This document shows positions 47,759-58,144 of a DNA stretch of 64,000 nt, one piece after another. A program made the position numbers and the translations under genes. Every line of letters begins with the position of its first letter. The first letter of the stretch is position 1. The stretch comes from Nitrososphaeria archaeon. Lineage in GTDB: Archaea; Thermoproteota; Nitrososphaeria; Nitrososphaerales; JACAEJ01. Below the pieces are notes generated by a model. It was not told the origin of the DNA, did not search any database, and saw nothing but the letters and a program-made list of their open reading frames with translations. The stretch is taken from positions 10,987-74,986 of the forward strand of contig JARVKB010000033.1 in the NCBI GenBank assembly GCA_029775925.1, in the 5' to 3' direction.

Positions 47759-48811
47759 TTGACGAATACGAAAAGACTCACGTACGCTAAAGCTGGAGTT
47801 AATCTAGATGAAGTAAATAGAATACGTAAGGATATTATGAAGCAACTACATGATACTCTAAAAATAAGAAAAGGCAAATTTGGGGGAGCATTAATTGATA
47901 TAGGACATTATGCTGGCGTGATAGATATTGGCGATAAAGCGTTAACAGTTCATGCCGATGGCGTAGGAACAAAGGTTCTCATAGCTCAGATGATGAATAA
48001 GTATGATACTATAGGGATCGATTGTGTAGCTATGAACGTTAACGACATAATATGTTTAGGATCAGAGCCATTAGCCTTGATCGATTACTTGGCTCTTGAG
48101 AAGCCTAATAAAAAAATTGTAAAAGAAATAATGAAAGGTCTTGTAAAAGGTGCAAATGAAGCTCAAATTTCAATCGTTGGTGGAGAAACTGCGATAATGC
48201 CAGATGTTATAAAGGGTATTAATGGTAAAGGCTTTGATCTTGTTGGCTTAGCAGTAGGTGTGGTGGATAAAGATAAAGTAATAAATGGTAAGGATTTAAG
48301 GCGTGATGATTTAGTAATAGGGGTTAATAGCTCAGGAATACATTCTAATGGTTTATCTCTTGCTAGAAAAGCATTACTTCAAAGATACAAAATTGATCAA
48401 TTCGTACCGGAGCTTGGGAAGAGTATCGGAGAAGAGTTATTAGTCCCAACAAGAATTTATGTAAAACCAATCCTTGAGGTATTAAAAAAATGCGAAGTCC
48501 ATGGTTTAGCTCATATAACTGGTGGAGCGTTCTCAAAACTTAAAAGATTGTCACTAAATTCAAAGGTAGGTTTCTTAATTGATAATATGCCTGAGCCATT
48601 ACCAATTTTCCAACTAATTCAAAAAGAAGGTAATATTTCTAAAAAAGAGATGTATAGAACCTTTAATATGGGCATAGGCTTTTGTGTTTGTGCACCAAAG
48701 AGTGAAGAGGACAAAATATTTAAAATATTGTCAAATCATGGCCTTGGCGCAAGGACCATAGGCAGGATTGTTGAAAACCCCGGGGTAATTATAGGGGATA
48801 TTAGTTTATGA
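47759..48811 (+). CDS. purM: AIR synthase PurM
   Basis: LTYAKAGVN, ADGVGTK, DCVAMNVND and GGETA motifs. The TTG start is obligatory, because a stop codon lies immediately upstream in frame. Confidence 0.95.
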   Translation: MTNTKRLTYAKAGVNLDEVNRIRKDIMKQLHDTLKIRKGKFGGALIDIGHYAGVIDIGDKALTVHADGVGTKVLIAQMMNKYDTIGIDCVAMNVNDIICLGSEPLALIDYLALEKPNKKIVKEIMKGLVKGANEAQISIVGGETAIMPDVIKGINGKGFDLVGLAVGVVDKDKVINGKDLRRDDLVIGVNSSGIHSNGLSLARKALLQRYKIDQFVPELGKSIGEELLVPTRIYVKPILEVLKKCEVHGLAHITGGAFSKLKRLSLNSKVGFLIDNMPEPLPIFQLIQKEGNISKKEMYRTFNMGIGFCVCAPKSEEDKIFKILSNHGLGARTIGRIVENPGVIIGDISL

Positions 48812-48979
48812 TAGAAGAGCTGCAAGAATCGGCTAAAGGTATAAAGAGTGCATAAGAGTTAATTTTGCTTATTAATCTACTTTAGATACTGTATTAGGAG
48901 CTAAAACTACGTATTTAAGAAAAATAATTTACCCCGCCATATCATAAATCCTAAGCTTTTGAAATAGATCAACTTTATC

Positions 48980-49417
48980 GTGATTATATCGGATTTCACT
49001 CAATTAAGTATATGTTTAAATGTTAATAGAATAGTAATTGTTACATTGGTCAAAAATTATAATGATTTTTATGTCAAATATAGTCATTATGGTAAAAAGT
49101 TAGAGAAAGCTATAAAACTTTTAGAAAATAAATGTATAAAACTTCATAAGTTCTCACCGAGTGGACGAGAGATATGGACTGTTGTTGGAAAAGAAGGAGA
49201 TCAGTTAGTCGATGGTTCACAACCTTACTGTTCTTGCAAATATTTTTATTATAAAGTACTTAGTGGGAAGGATGACATTTGTTACCATTTATTAGGTTTA
49301 ATCATAGCAAAGCAAATTAGTGCTTATGATATTATCGAATTTCAGGATCATGAATATGCATCTTTTTTAAAAAATCTTTTAAGAGATATTGTAAAAATAA
49401 GCGAGATCGATTATTAA
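48980..49417 (+). CDS. SWIM zinc-finger protein
   Basis: CSCKYF..x..CYH (CxCxnCxH) SWIM signature. Start uncertain (GTG at 48980 or a later TTG). Confidence 0.6.
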   Translation: MIISDFTQLSICLNVNRIVIVTLVKNYNDFYVKYSHYGKKLEKAIKLLENKCIKLHKFSPSGREIWTVVGKEGDQLVDGSQPYCSCKYFYYKVLSGKDDICYHLLGLIIAKQISAYDIIEFQDHEYASFLKNLLRDIVKISEIDY

Positions 49418-49435
49418 CTAATTTATTTAAATATA

Positions 49436-50071
49436 TTAATTTCGAATTTTTAATTTTTCTTCTGAAATCGATCTGTATAAGAATATAGTAATTCCTATAA
49501 TGAAAATTAAGAATGGGATAGAGAAGATGATGTTATAAGATAATTTAAAATGCCAAAAGATGTAAACCAATAAAGGCGACGATACAATTAGAATTATAGG
49601 AATAATTTCAAAGATTAACAAAGGGAGTTTTAAGGAACGTTTTATTGAATTTAAATTAGATAAAACAAGGGATAAGCTTAGAAGGAAAAGAGGATATAAT
49701 ATAGCATATCTTCCTTCTAAATAAAGATCAAAAAAATTCAAAATAATAGGGGAATAAATGATTACAATTAAAACATAAATTAATGACAAAATTATGAATA
49801 AGATTGCTAATATTCTCATTCTTAAAATATTTTCTTCTATCTTTTTAATTCTAACATCTTTTGGGTACATCCATATTTCTATTATTAACGCTGTAATTAT
49901 CACAAATATGCTTACTAATAAGACGATGTTATCGTTATTTACTTTAATGTACACTTCATTAAAAGGTAAGTTTAAAACTAGCCAAATATAAAAAGCGTAA
50001 AAAATATTAATCAATAAAGGAGTAATGTACAAGAGGAAAGTCACATCTTCAACTATCTCAAATTTGCCCAT
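49436..50071 (-). CDS. Hypothetical polytopic membrane protein
   Basis: ORF with about 6 strongly hydrophobic segments; no family recognised. Confidence 0.5.
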   Translation of the reverse strand: MGKFEIVEDVTFLLYITPLLINIFYAFYIWLVLNLPFNEVYIKVNNDNIVLLVSIFVIITALIIEIWMYPKDVRIKKIEENILRMRILAILFIILSLIYVLIVIIYSPIILNFFDLYLEGRYAILYPLFLLSLSLVLSNLNSIKRSLKLPLLIFEIIPIILIVSSPLLVYIFWHFKLSYNIIFSIPFLIFIIGITIFLYRSISEEKLKIRN

Positions 50072-50090
50072 TTCTCGCCTTTAGACAATA

Positions 50091-50903
50091 TCATGATATG
50101 GGATTTAACCTTTCCACTCTTTCTGGAAATACTTTTCTTGCAAAGGTGAGATATGCGGTATGTCCTACCATTCTAAAAGATGGTCTTGTCATACCTGTTC
50201 TTGCTTCAAGATTCCTTAATAGCAATTCTAAACTTTCTATGTTCACAAAGCCTGTATTAATAAGCTCGGTAACAAATTTCTCAACTTGATTCATTGTTGG
50301 GGATATAGAAGCGATAAATCCTCCGCCCTTAAGAGCGATCCACGCCTCTCTTACTAAAGTCCATGGATCGCCTAAATCTATTATTACTGCATCGACGTTT
50401 TTTTCATTAAAGCCTTTCTTTGCATCAGCTAGCTTTATAGTTACAAAATCGCTAAGACCTGCTCTATCTATATTCCTTTTTGCTATCTCTATGAACTCAG
50501 GTCTTATCTCGTATGAAAATACATGACCGTTGGGCTTGACTAAATTGGCAAGAAATGTTGTAAGCGCGCCACTACCAGTACCCGCCTCAACTACTATGGA
50601 ACCAGAAGATATGCCGGTTATAGCTGCTATCATTCCAAGATCTTTTGGATAGACTATCTGAGTTTTCCTTTCAGCTTTACAGATTAAATCGATAATAGTT
50701 GGCTTAAGTATCCATAATCTCTCTCCTGAACTCGTTTTTATAGATGCGCCGTATTCCTTTCCTATAATAGAGCTTAATTCTATGTAGCCTAGATGTGTGT
50801 GAAACTTCGCATCAGTACTAACTTTTACTAACCACTTCTTTTTATTTGTAAAGTAGATTAAAACATTGTCTCCAACTTTAACATAATTTTCCAACATAGA
50901 CAC
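50091..50903 (-). CDS. trmI: tRNA (adenine-N1)-methyltransferase TrmI/Gcd14 family
   Basis: N-terminal beta domain (GDNVLIYF..KKWLVKV), QIVYPKD, and the SAM motif VVEAGTGSGALT. Confidence 0.85.
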   Translation of the reverse strand: MSMLENYVKVGDNVLIYFTNKKKWLVKVSTDAKFHTHLGYIELSSIIGKEYGASIKTSSGERLWILKPTIIDLICKAERKTQIVYPKDLGMIAAITGISSGSIVVEAGTGSGALTTFLANLVKPNGHVFSYEIRPEFIEIAKRNIDRAGLSDFVTIKLADAKKGFNEKNVDAVIIDLGDPWTLVREAWIALKGGGFIASISPTMNQVEKFVTELINTGFVNIESLELLLRNLEARTGMTRPSFRMVGHTAYLTFARKVFPERVERLNPIS

Positions 50904-50971
50904 TAATTAGATCTAAAATAAGGCTTAAATATAGGTATGATGCAAAAGTCCTTTAAGGAAGGACGCAACGA

Positions 50972-51226
50972 TTGTCTGAAGAAGAGACACAATCCCAACA
51001 GCAAGGCTATCCACGTCGAAAGTTTCCAAGAACCTTTTTCAGGGCAAAACCTGTTAAGGTTGGTGACGAGCTGGACGTCACCATATCAGAAATAAGTAGA
51101 CGTGGCGATGGTTTAACAAGGGTTCAAGGCTTCGTTATCTTCGTGCCAAACACAAAGCAAGGAGATAACGTTAAGATAAAGATAACCCAAGTTAAACCAA
51201 GCTATGCAGTTGGGCAAATAATTTAA
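50972..51226 (+). CDS. TRAM-domain protein
   Basis: VKVGDELDVTISEISRRGDGLTRVQGFVIFVPNTKQGDNVKIKITQV matches the TRAM fold pattern. TTG start. Confidence 0.75.
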   Translation: MSEEETQSQQQGYPRRKFPRTFFRAKPVKVGDELDVTISEISRRGDGLTRVQGFVIFVPNTKQGDNVKIKITQVKPSYAVGQII

Positions 51227-51229
51227 CCA

Positions 51230-51276
51230 GCATCCGTGATGCCGTAGGCTACAAGCCAACACGGCTCAATTTTTTT
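51230..51276 (+). terminator. GC-rich hairpins followed by a T7 run downstream of the TRAM gene
   Basis: GCATC-CGT-GATGC (51230-51242), then GCCGT/ACGGC enclosing GGCT-ACA-AGCC (51241-51265), then TTTTTTT (51270-51276). The T-run overlaps the stop of the convergent gene. Confidence 0.35.
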
Positions 51277-51580
51277 ATACTATATCTCTATCTTCACCTA
51301 AACGTTTTGCAAGCTTTCCTTTGAGTTTTATTTCGATACTGAAATCCTCGGGGCGTAGTTTATCTACAGTTAACCTTTTGACCAATAATCCACACATATT
51401 ACCTGAAACTAATTTACCTCTTACGCACTGTACATATGCACAAAGCTTTGCATCACAGTAATCATTAGTAAAACTGCACCAAGGTCTAGAGTTTCTTATT
51501 TGTAAAGCTTTGCGACCACATTTAAAGAATACGCATGTAGGAGAGCATGGTTTTGTAGTCTGCATATCTCCTGCTGTCAT
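51275..51580 (-). CDS. Hypothetical cysteine-rich protein (9 Cys in the first 65 aa, basic C-terminus)
   Basis: ORF only; no family recognised. Confidence 0.4.
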   Translation of the reverse strand: MTAGDMQTTKPCSPTCVFFKCGRKALQIRNSRPWCSFTNDYCDAKLCAYVQCVRGKLVSGNMCGLLVKRLTVDKLRPEDFSIEIKLKGKLAKRLGEDRDIV

Positions 51581-51658
51581 AGATTAGGACAGCTTTAAAT
51601 TAAAGTTTTTGGTTTAAAATAGTATCATTTTATTAACACTCTAAGAAGTGAATTTATA

Positions 51659-52489
51659 TTATTGGCTTAAGCTTTTTACATCCTCAAAAATAGTTGCTCT
51701 TTTTAATTCATTTGTATACCTTCTTATGTTATTTAGCATCTTATTCTCATCATGTATACTTTCTTCAATTATCTTTACAAAAGAACTACCTACTATTGCA
51801 CCATCTGCTCCTGCCTCTATGATACTCTTAACTTGATATGGTTGGGATATACCAAAGCCTACAGCAAGAGGAATTTTACCTTTAGTATAGGATGAGATCT
51901 TCTCTATAAGATGTATTGTCGATCTCTTAAGCTTCTTTCTTGCACCAGTTACACCAAAGAGAGATACTATATAGAGAAAGCCTGATGTATAGTCAAGAAT
52001 CTTCCTCAACCTATTAGTGCTCGTAGAAGGAGAGGCAAGAAATATTGTATCAATACCGTGCTTATTGGCTATAAGTTTGTAATCTTGAGCTTCTTCTACT
52101 GGTAAATCTGGTACAATTATACCATCGACTTTACTCTTATTCGCTTTATCAAAAAAATTCTCTAAACCTGCTCTAAATATGATGTTGTAGTAAGTAAGTA
52201 TAACAATGGGTATTTTATGATAATCCTTGATTTGATTAACCATTTCTAAAACTCTAATAGGGGTTATTCCAGATTTTAAAGCTCTCAAATTTGCTGCTTG
52301 AATCGTTGGACCATCTGCTATAGGATCTGAAAATGGGATTCCTAACTCCAATATGTCTGATCCGCTTTCTATTAACGCTTTAGCTATCTTTATTGTAAGA
52401 TCAGGTCTAGGATCTCCTCCCATTATATAGCTGATAAGAGCTCCTTCACCCTTATTCTTAAGTCTTATAAAAGTCTCCTTTATACTCAT
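51659..52489 (-). CDS. trpA: Tryptophan synthase alpha chain
   Basis: ELGIPFSDPIADGPTIQ and GFGIS motifs; last gene of the trp operon. Confidence 0.95.
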   Translation of the reverse strand: MSIKETFIRLKNKGEGALISYIMGGDPRPDLTIKIAKALIESGSDILELGIPFSDPIADGPTIQAANLRALKSGITPIRVLEMVNQIKDYHKIPIVILTYYNIIFRAGLENFFDKANKSKVDGIIVPDLPVEEAQDYKLIANKHGIDTIFLASPSTSTNRLRKILDYTSGFLYIVSLFGVTGARKKLKRSTIHLIEKISSYTKGKIPLAVGFGISQPYQVKSIIEAGADGAIVGSSFVKIIEESIHDENKMLNNIRRYTNELKRATIFEDVKSLSQ

Positions 52490-53694
52490 TAAATCTTCAC
52501 TTTAAGATAGTCTGCTACAACTTGTACATCCTTGTCTCCTCGACCAGATAAAGTTACAACTATCAAATCATCTTTTTTCATGCTTCCAGCTAATTCTATA
52601 GCAAAGGCTAAAGAATGAGATGGTTCTAAGGCTGGAATTATACCCTCAGTTTTAGATAGTTCGAGAAAAGCTTTAACAGCTTTATCATCAGTCACGCTCA
52701 CGTATTTTGCCCTACCAATTGATTTTAAGAATGAATGTTCAGGTCCAACTCCAGGGTAATCGAGACCAGCAGATATACTATGGGTTGTACAGATTTGACC
52801 ATGCTCATTCTGAAGAAAATACGTAAGCATACCATGTAATATTCCTTCATTACCAGCACAAATAGAAGCTGCATGCTTTCCTGATTCTATACCATACCCT
52901 CCTGCCTCAACACCATATAACTCAACTTTACGCTCATCTAAAAATGGATAAAAGGTACCTATAGCATTACTTCCTCCTCCTACACATGCAATTAATGCAT
53001 CTGGCATTCTATTCTCTTTCTTCATTATCTGTGATTTAATCTCTTTTCCTATCACACTTTGAAAATCTCTAACTATCATAGGATAAGGATGAGGACCGAC
53101 AACAGAGCCTATGAGATAATAAGTTGTCTTAACATTCGTTACCCAATCCCTAAGGGCTTCGTTTATTGCATCTTTCAGTGTTCTTGATCCAGAATTAACT
53201 GGATGGACTTTTGCACCTAGTAAATTCATTCGAAAGACGTTAAGCTTTTGGCGTACAATATCCTCTTCTCCCATGTATATCTCAGCTTTCAAGCCAAGAA
53301 CTGCACATGCCATAGCTGTTGCTACACCATGCTGACCAGCTCCAGTTTCAGCTATTACTCTCGTTTTTCCCATTCTTTTCGCTATTAGAGCTTGACCTAA
53401 AGTATTGTTTATCTTATGAGCTCCTCCATGCAATAAATCTTCTCTTTTAAGGTAGATTTTTGCTCCTCCTACTTTTTTTGTTAAGTTCTTTGCAAAATAT
53501 AGTGGAGTAGGTCTACCAGCATACTCTGATAGATAATAATCAAGCTCCCTTTTGAATTCTTGATCATCCTTCAACCTTAAGTATTCTTTTTCTAAATCAA
53601 GAATAGCACTCATTAAAGTTTCTGGTACGAAACGTCCACCATACTTACCGTATTTCCCATCTATAGGATAATTATACTTTTTAATTTCCTTCAA
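52489..53694 (-). CDS. trpB: Tryptophan synthase beta chain
   Basis: GGRFVPETL, the PLP lysine context HGGAHKINN, and GGGSNA. Confidence 0.95.
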   Translation of the reverse strand: MKEIKKYNYPIDGKYGKYGGRFVPETLMSAILDLEKEYLRLKDDQEFKRELDYYLSEYAGRPTPLYFAKNLTKKVGGAKIYLKREDLLHGGAHKINNTLGQALIAKRMGKTRVIAETGAGQHGVATAMACAVLGLKAEIYMGEEDIVRQKLNVFRMNLLGAKVHPVNSGSRTLKDAINEALRDWVTNVKTTYYLIGSVVGPHPYPMIVRDFQSVIGKEIKSQIMKKENRMPDALIACVGGGSNAIGTFYPFLDERKVELYGVEAGGYGIESGKHAASICAGNEGILHGMLTYFLQNEHGQICTTHSISAGLDYPGVGPEHSFLKSIGRAKYVSVTDDKAVKAFLELSKTEGIIPALEPSHSLAFAIELAGSMKKDDLIVVTLSGRGDKDVQVVADYLKVKI

Positions 53695-54338
53695 TTCTTA
53701 ACACTCTTAGCATTCATAACAAAATTTAACATCTTCTCATAATCCTTTATACCTGGAGAAGACTCAACACCGCTACTAACATCTACTGCAAACGGTCTGA
53801 CTATACGTATTGCTTTTTTAACATTATCTGGATTTAAGCCACCTGCTAAAATCAATGGCTTTGGACTTATTGCTTTTCTTATTTCTTTACAAATTCTAAA
53901 ATCATTAACAACTCCTGTTCCTCCATACTTTCTCTCTTTATAAGAGTCTATAAGGATAGCATCAAAATTTTTTGTTTCATTTAAAATAGATTCCAATGGA
54001 TAATTTGATTTTAATGTTATTGCCCTTATTATGTTTATATCACGTAAAGCATCAAATAAGTGATTATCATTAGGATTAAGATCTCCATGAATTTGAATGT
54101 ATTCAGGCTTTAACTCTTTTTTTATTTCAATTATATGATTAAAATCATCGATAATAGTTACTGCTACTTTACTTATGAAAACAGGAACCTTCCTCATCAA
54201 TTCTTTAGCTTTATCTATGCTAATACTTCTTGGTGATGAACTTACATTTATAACAAAGCCTAGAGCATCGGCTCCAGCGATTATTGAATTCTTAAGATCT
54301 TTCTCATTGGTTATACCACATATCTTAACTCTTACCAT
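53691..54338 (-). CDS. trpF: Phosphoribosylanthranilate isomerase
   Basis: [31 protein letters not shown]. Confidence 0.9.
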   Translation of the reverse strand: MVRVKICGITNEKDLKNSIIAGADALGFVINVSSSPRSISIDKAKELMRKVPVFISKVAVTIIDDFNHIIEIKKELKPEYIQIHGDLNPNDNHLFDALRDINIIRAITLKSNYPLESILNETKNFDAILIDSYKERKYGGTGVVNDFRICKEIRKAISPKPLILAGGLNPDNVKKAIRIVRPFAVDVSSGVESSPGIKDYEKMLNFVMNAKSVKN

Positions 54339-54339
54339 A

Positions 54340-55119
54340 TTACATAGCCTCTACAAATTCATGAACTTTAGCTTCAACATCATTTGCAGTCATTATGGCT
54401 GTACCTATGAGAAAAGCATGAACACCAAAACTATGTAGCATTTTTACATCATTAAAAGTGCTAATCCCACTTTCACTTACTATTACTCTCCCTTTATTAC
54501 TTATCTTGCTTAATATCCTTTTTGTGACTTCAAGATCAACGTTCAAATTTCCCAAATCCCTATTGTTTATTCCTATCATGTCAGCTTTAGTTTGGAGAGA
54601 TGAGAGAAATTCAGCCTCGTTATGAACCTCAAGTAAAACCTCAATATTCTTTGATTTAGCTATTTCAATCATTTTATTTAAGTTTATCTTACTAAACTTA
54701 CGATCAAATATAGACTTTATCAAAAGGATAGCATCAGCACCAATCTTATTAGCAGCCTCTATCTGAATTGGATCTATTATAAAATCCTTCATTAGAATAG
54801 GTAAATCTACAACCTCTCTTACTATAGATATAGTCTTTAAAGAACCTTTAAAGTGCTTTGGCTCAGTAAGTACAGATATTCCTATTGCTCCTCCTCTCTT
54901 TATAGATATTGCCATCTCTTCCATATTAATTTCCTTTTTTAATACGCCATTTTTTGGAGAAGCTAGCTTTATCTCAGCTATGATAGGAACCTTTTTACAT
55001 TTCATAATAGAATCTTTTAAGCTTCTCTTAACTCTTCTGCTATTAAATTGAACATTATAATATCCTTCATTGATAGTTCTCTTCACATCTTGAATTATAA
55101 AATCTAAAAAATCAACCAA
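54340..55119 (-). CDS. trpC: Indole-3-glycerol phosphate synthase
   Basis: IIAEIKLASP, ISVLTEPKHFKGS, LMKDFI, EVHN, IGINNRDL, ESGI. Confidence 0.9.
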   Translation of the reverse strand: MVDFLDFIIQDVKRTINEGYYNVQFNSRRVKRSLKDSIMKCKKVPIIAEIKLASPKNGVLKKEINMEEMAISIKRGGAIGISVLTEPKHFKGSLKTISIVREVVDLPILMKDFIIDPIQIEAANKIGADAILLIKSIFDRKFSKINLNKMIEIAKSKNIEVLLEVHNEAEFLSSLQTKADMIGINNRDLGNLNVDLEVTKRILSKISNKGRVIVSESGISTFNDVKMLHSFGVHAFLIGTAIMTANDVEAKVHEFVEAM

Positions 55120-56173
55120 ATTTAACTTCTAACTCCTCTAACTTTTCCATACTTCCTCTACAGAATTTTATCATCATCTTGAGCTTGTTATAAGCAGAAC
55201 CACTCTCGATAGACTCGTAAGCTAAATCCATTGCCTCATCAAATTTATCAGTAAGCCCACCAACAATAATACCACTAGCTGCATTTACTAAAGCCATATC
55301 CATCTTTGGATCGCCTTTAGCATAAAGTCCTTTTAGAATTCTGAATACAATTTCAGTACTTTCTTCTGGATTGGAAACCTCGATTTCATCTTGTTTTGCT
55401 AATCTAACTCCAAAATCTTTAGGCGATACTTCCATTACGTTTATCTTACCATTCTTTAACCATGCTATTTCAGTCTTCCCTATAGTTGAGATTTCATCTA
55501 ATCCATCTAAACCATGAACTACCATCGCTTCTTCGCTTCCAAGATTCTTTAAAACAGAAGCCATGAGCTTTATCATTTTCCTCTCATAAACGCCTAATAA
55601 GTATCCACTTGCATTTGCTGGATTGGTTATAGGACCTAAAATGTTAAAGATTGTTCTTATACCTATCTCTTTTCTTGGCTCTAAAGCATACTTCATGGCT
55701 GGATGAAACCTTGGTGCGAACATAAATCCTATTCCTATATTCTCGATGGATCTCTCAACTATGCTAGGTTCTGTATTCAAGTTATAGCCCAGTCTCTCAA
55801 GAACATCTGCACTACCACACTTACTTGTGAATGATCGATTGCCATGCTTTGCAACTATCACACCAGCACCAGCAACTATAAAGGATGCTGTTGTACTCAC
55901 ATTGAAGGATTTTATTCTATCCCCACCTGTACCAACTATGTCTATAATACGCTTGCTTACATGAGGATAAATTTTAATACAGAAATCTCTCATAACTTTT
56001 GCAAAAGCTGAAATTTCATCAATACTCTCTCCCTTCATTCTCAAAGCTGTTAATAGAGAAGCTGTTTGAGCATTAGTTAATCTACCTAACATTAACTCTC
56101 TCATTATCTCTTGAGCTTCTGAATAACTAAGATCCTTACCATCTACAACCTTATTAATTCCTTCCTTTATCAT
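55112..56173 (-). CDS. trpD: Anthranilate phosphoribosyltransferase
   Basis: DIVGTGGD, KHGNRS, GIGFMFAP, NILGPITNPA. Confidence 0.95.
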   Translation of the reverse strand: MIKEGINKVVDGKDLSYSEAQEIMRELMLGRLTNAQTASLLTALRMKGESIDEISAFAKVMRDFCIKIYPHVSKRIIDIVGTGGDRIKSFNVSTTASFIVAGAGVIVAKHGNRSFTSKCGSADVLERLGYNLNTEPSIVERSIENIGIGFMFAPRFHPAMKYALEPRKEIGIRTIFNILGPITNPANASGYLLGVYERKMIKLMASVLKNLGSEEAMVVHGLDGLDEISTIGKTEIAWLKNGKINVMEVSPKDFGVRLAKQDEIEVSNPEESTEIVFRILKGLYAKGDPKMDMALVNAASGIIVGGLTDKFDEAMDLAYESIESGSAYNKLKMMIKFCRGSMEKLEELEVKFG

Positions 56174-56175
56174 TC

Positions 56176-56757
56176 TTACTCACTTTTTAAGAAATTCTCT
56201 ATTATCTTCTTGCCATTATCTGTAAGGATGGATTCAGGATGAAACTGTAAACCTTCTATAGGATATGAAACATGCCTTACACCCATTATTTCATGATCAT
56301 CTAAAGACACAGCAGTAACTTTGAGGCAAGAAGGAAGAGTTAATTTATCACCAACGAGTGAATGATAACGAGTAGCCTTAAATGGATTCTTTATTCCTTT
56401 AAAAACCCCACTCTCATCATGCTTTATCATACTCGTCTTACCATGCATTATATTACTTGCACGAATTATTCTTCCTCCAAAGGAATGAATTATTCCTTGA
56501 TGCCCTAAGCATATACCTAATATAGGAATATTACAGCCTAATTGCTTTATGATTAACGAACAAACACCAAAGTACTTTATATCTTCAGGAGTACCAGGAC
56601 CAGGCGACAATATTATGCCATCAGGCTTTAGCTTATTAATCTTCTCAAGACTTATTTGATCATTCCTATAAACTATAGGATTAGCTCCTAGTTCGCCTAC
56701 ATACTGTACTAAATTGTAGACGAAAGAATCATAATTATCTATTATGAGAATCTTCAA
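56176..56757 (-). CDS. trpG: Anthranilate synthase component II (glutamine amidotransferase)
   Basis: IIDNYDSFVYNL, GICLGHQ, and the catalytic His context QFHPES. Confidence 0.95.
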   Translation of the reverse strand: MKILIIDNYDSFVYNLVQYVGELGANPIVYRNDQISLEKINKLKPDGIILSPGPGTPEDIKYFGVCSLIIKQLGCNIPILGICLGHQGIIHSFGGRIIRASNIMHGKTSMIKHDESGVFKGIKNPFKATRYHSLVGDKLTLPSCLKVTAVSLDDHEIMGVRHVSYPIEGLQFHPESILTDNGKKIIENFLKSE

Positions 56758-58144
56758 TTAAAAATCCTCCCAGATGACTTTAAAGCTTTCATTAAAGCCT
56801 CTGCTTTATACTCTGTCTCTAACCACTCTTTTAATGGGTTAGAATCAACAACTATTCCTGCACCTACCTGAATGTATGCTTTATCTTTATTCGCTATCAA
56901 AGTTCTTATTGTTATAGCGAAATCTGCATTTCCATTGTTAGAGAAGTACCCTATGGCTCCTGCGTATGGACCTCTTCTCGAAGGTTCTAACTCATCTATT
57001 ATCTCCATAGCTCTTATCTTAGGAGCACCAGTAACAGTTCCAGCTGGGAATACTCCTCTAAATGTATCAAAAGCATCTTTGTCCTCCCTTAACTTACCTA
57101 AAACTCTTGAAACTATGTGTTGAACATGGCTATATTGGTAGACATTCATAAACTCTTGAACATAAACGCTACCAAACTCACAAACCTTTCCTATATCGTT
57201 CCTTGCTAAATCTACTAGCATTATATGCTCTGCACACTCTTTTGGATCTGTAAGAAGTTCTTTTTTTACAATATCATTCTTAATTCTATCTTTAAGCCTA
57301 GGTCTTGTACCAGCAATTGGGAATGTCTCAACAATGCCACCATCAACTCTTACGAGCATCTCTGGGCTAGATCCGACTATCTGTCTATCATCCATTTTCA
57401 TGAAATACATGTATGGAGAAGGATTCATCCTTCTTAAAGACTCATAGAATTGGATAAGGTCACCTTTTATCTTGAATTCATATCTTTTAGATAAAACTGC
57501 TTGAAATATATCTCCAGAAAATATGTATTCTTTTATCTTTGATACTTTTTCACAAAAAGAGTCAAATTCTATATTCACTTTAGGCTGAGAATAATATAGA
57601 TCATTAATATTCTCAGGCTCATTAAGGATAGATTTTATTTCTTTACTACGATCTTCTTCTTGAAAATAGTAAAATGCTTGATGATTTATGTGATCAAAGA
57701 CTATTCCATCATCAAAGATACCAAATTCCATATAAGGAAAGTCCGATTCCTTCTTACTCGATCTGATTCTTTCCCAGTATTCAATAGCATCATAGGATAC
57801 ATAACCAATAGCTCCTCCAATCATTCTTGGCCATCTTTGATTGTAAATTAAACTCCTTTGGTTTTCTTTTATAACACGTAAAGGATCTTTTACGCTTCTC
57901 TTTTCTACAAATCCTTCTTTACAATTCTTTATCTCTAAATTTTTGCTCTTTGCCTTTAAGATAATTTTAGGTTTAAATCCTATAAAGGAGTATTGAGCTA
58001 ATTTCTTAGGACCCGTAACTGATTCTAGTATGTAAGCTGTTTCGAATTTTTTATAAATCTTTTTGAAAATTCGAATTGGAGGAATATATGGAAAAGGTTT
58101 AAAGTTTAGTCTAAAACAAGATTTATTGCTATTATACTGCTCAT
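56754..58144 (-). CDS. trpE: Anthranilate synthase component I; the N-terminal region is in frame but has no canonical start, and the nearest ATG (58144) is in another frame
   Basis: Chorismate-binding core (PSPYMYF, GTRPR, KECAEHIMLVDLARND, FPAGTVTGAPK, GPYAGAIGY). The frame is open upstream to 58151 and encodes TrpE-like FKKIYKKFETAYILESVTGPKKLAQYSFIGF. Confidence 0.85.
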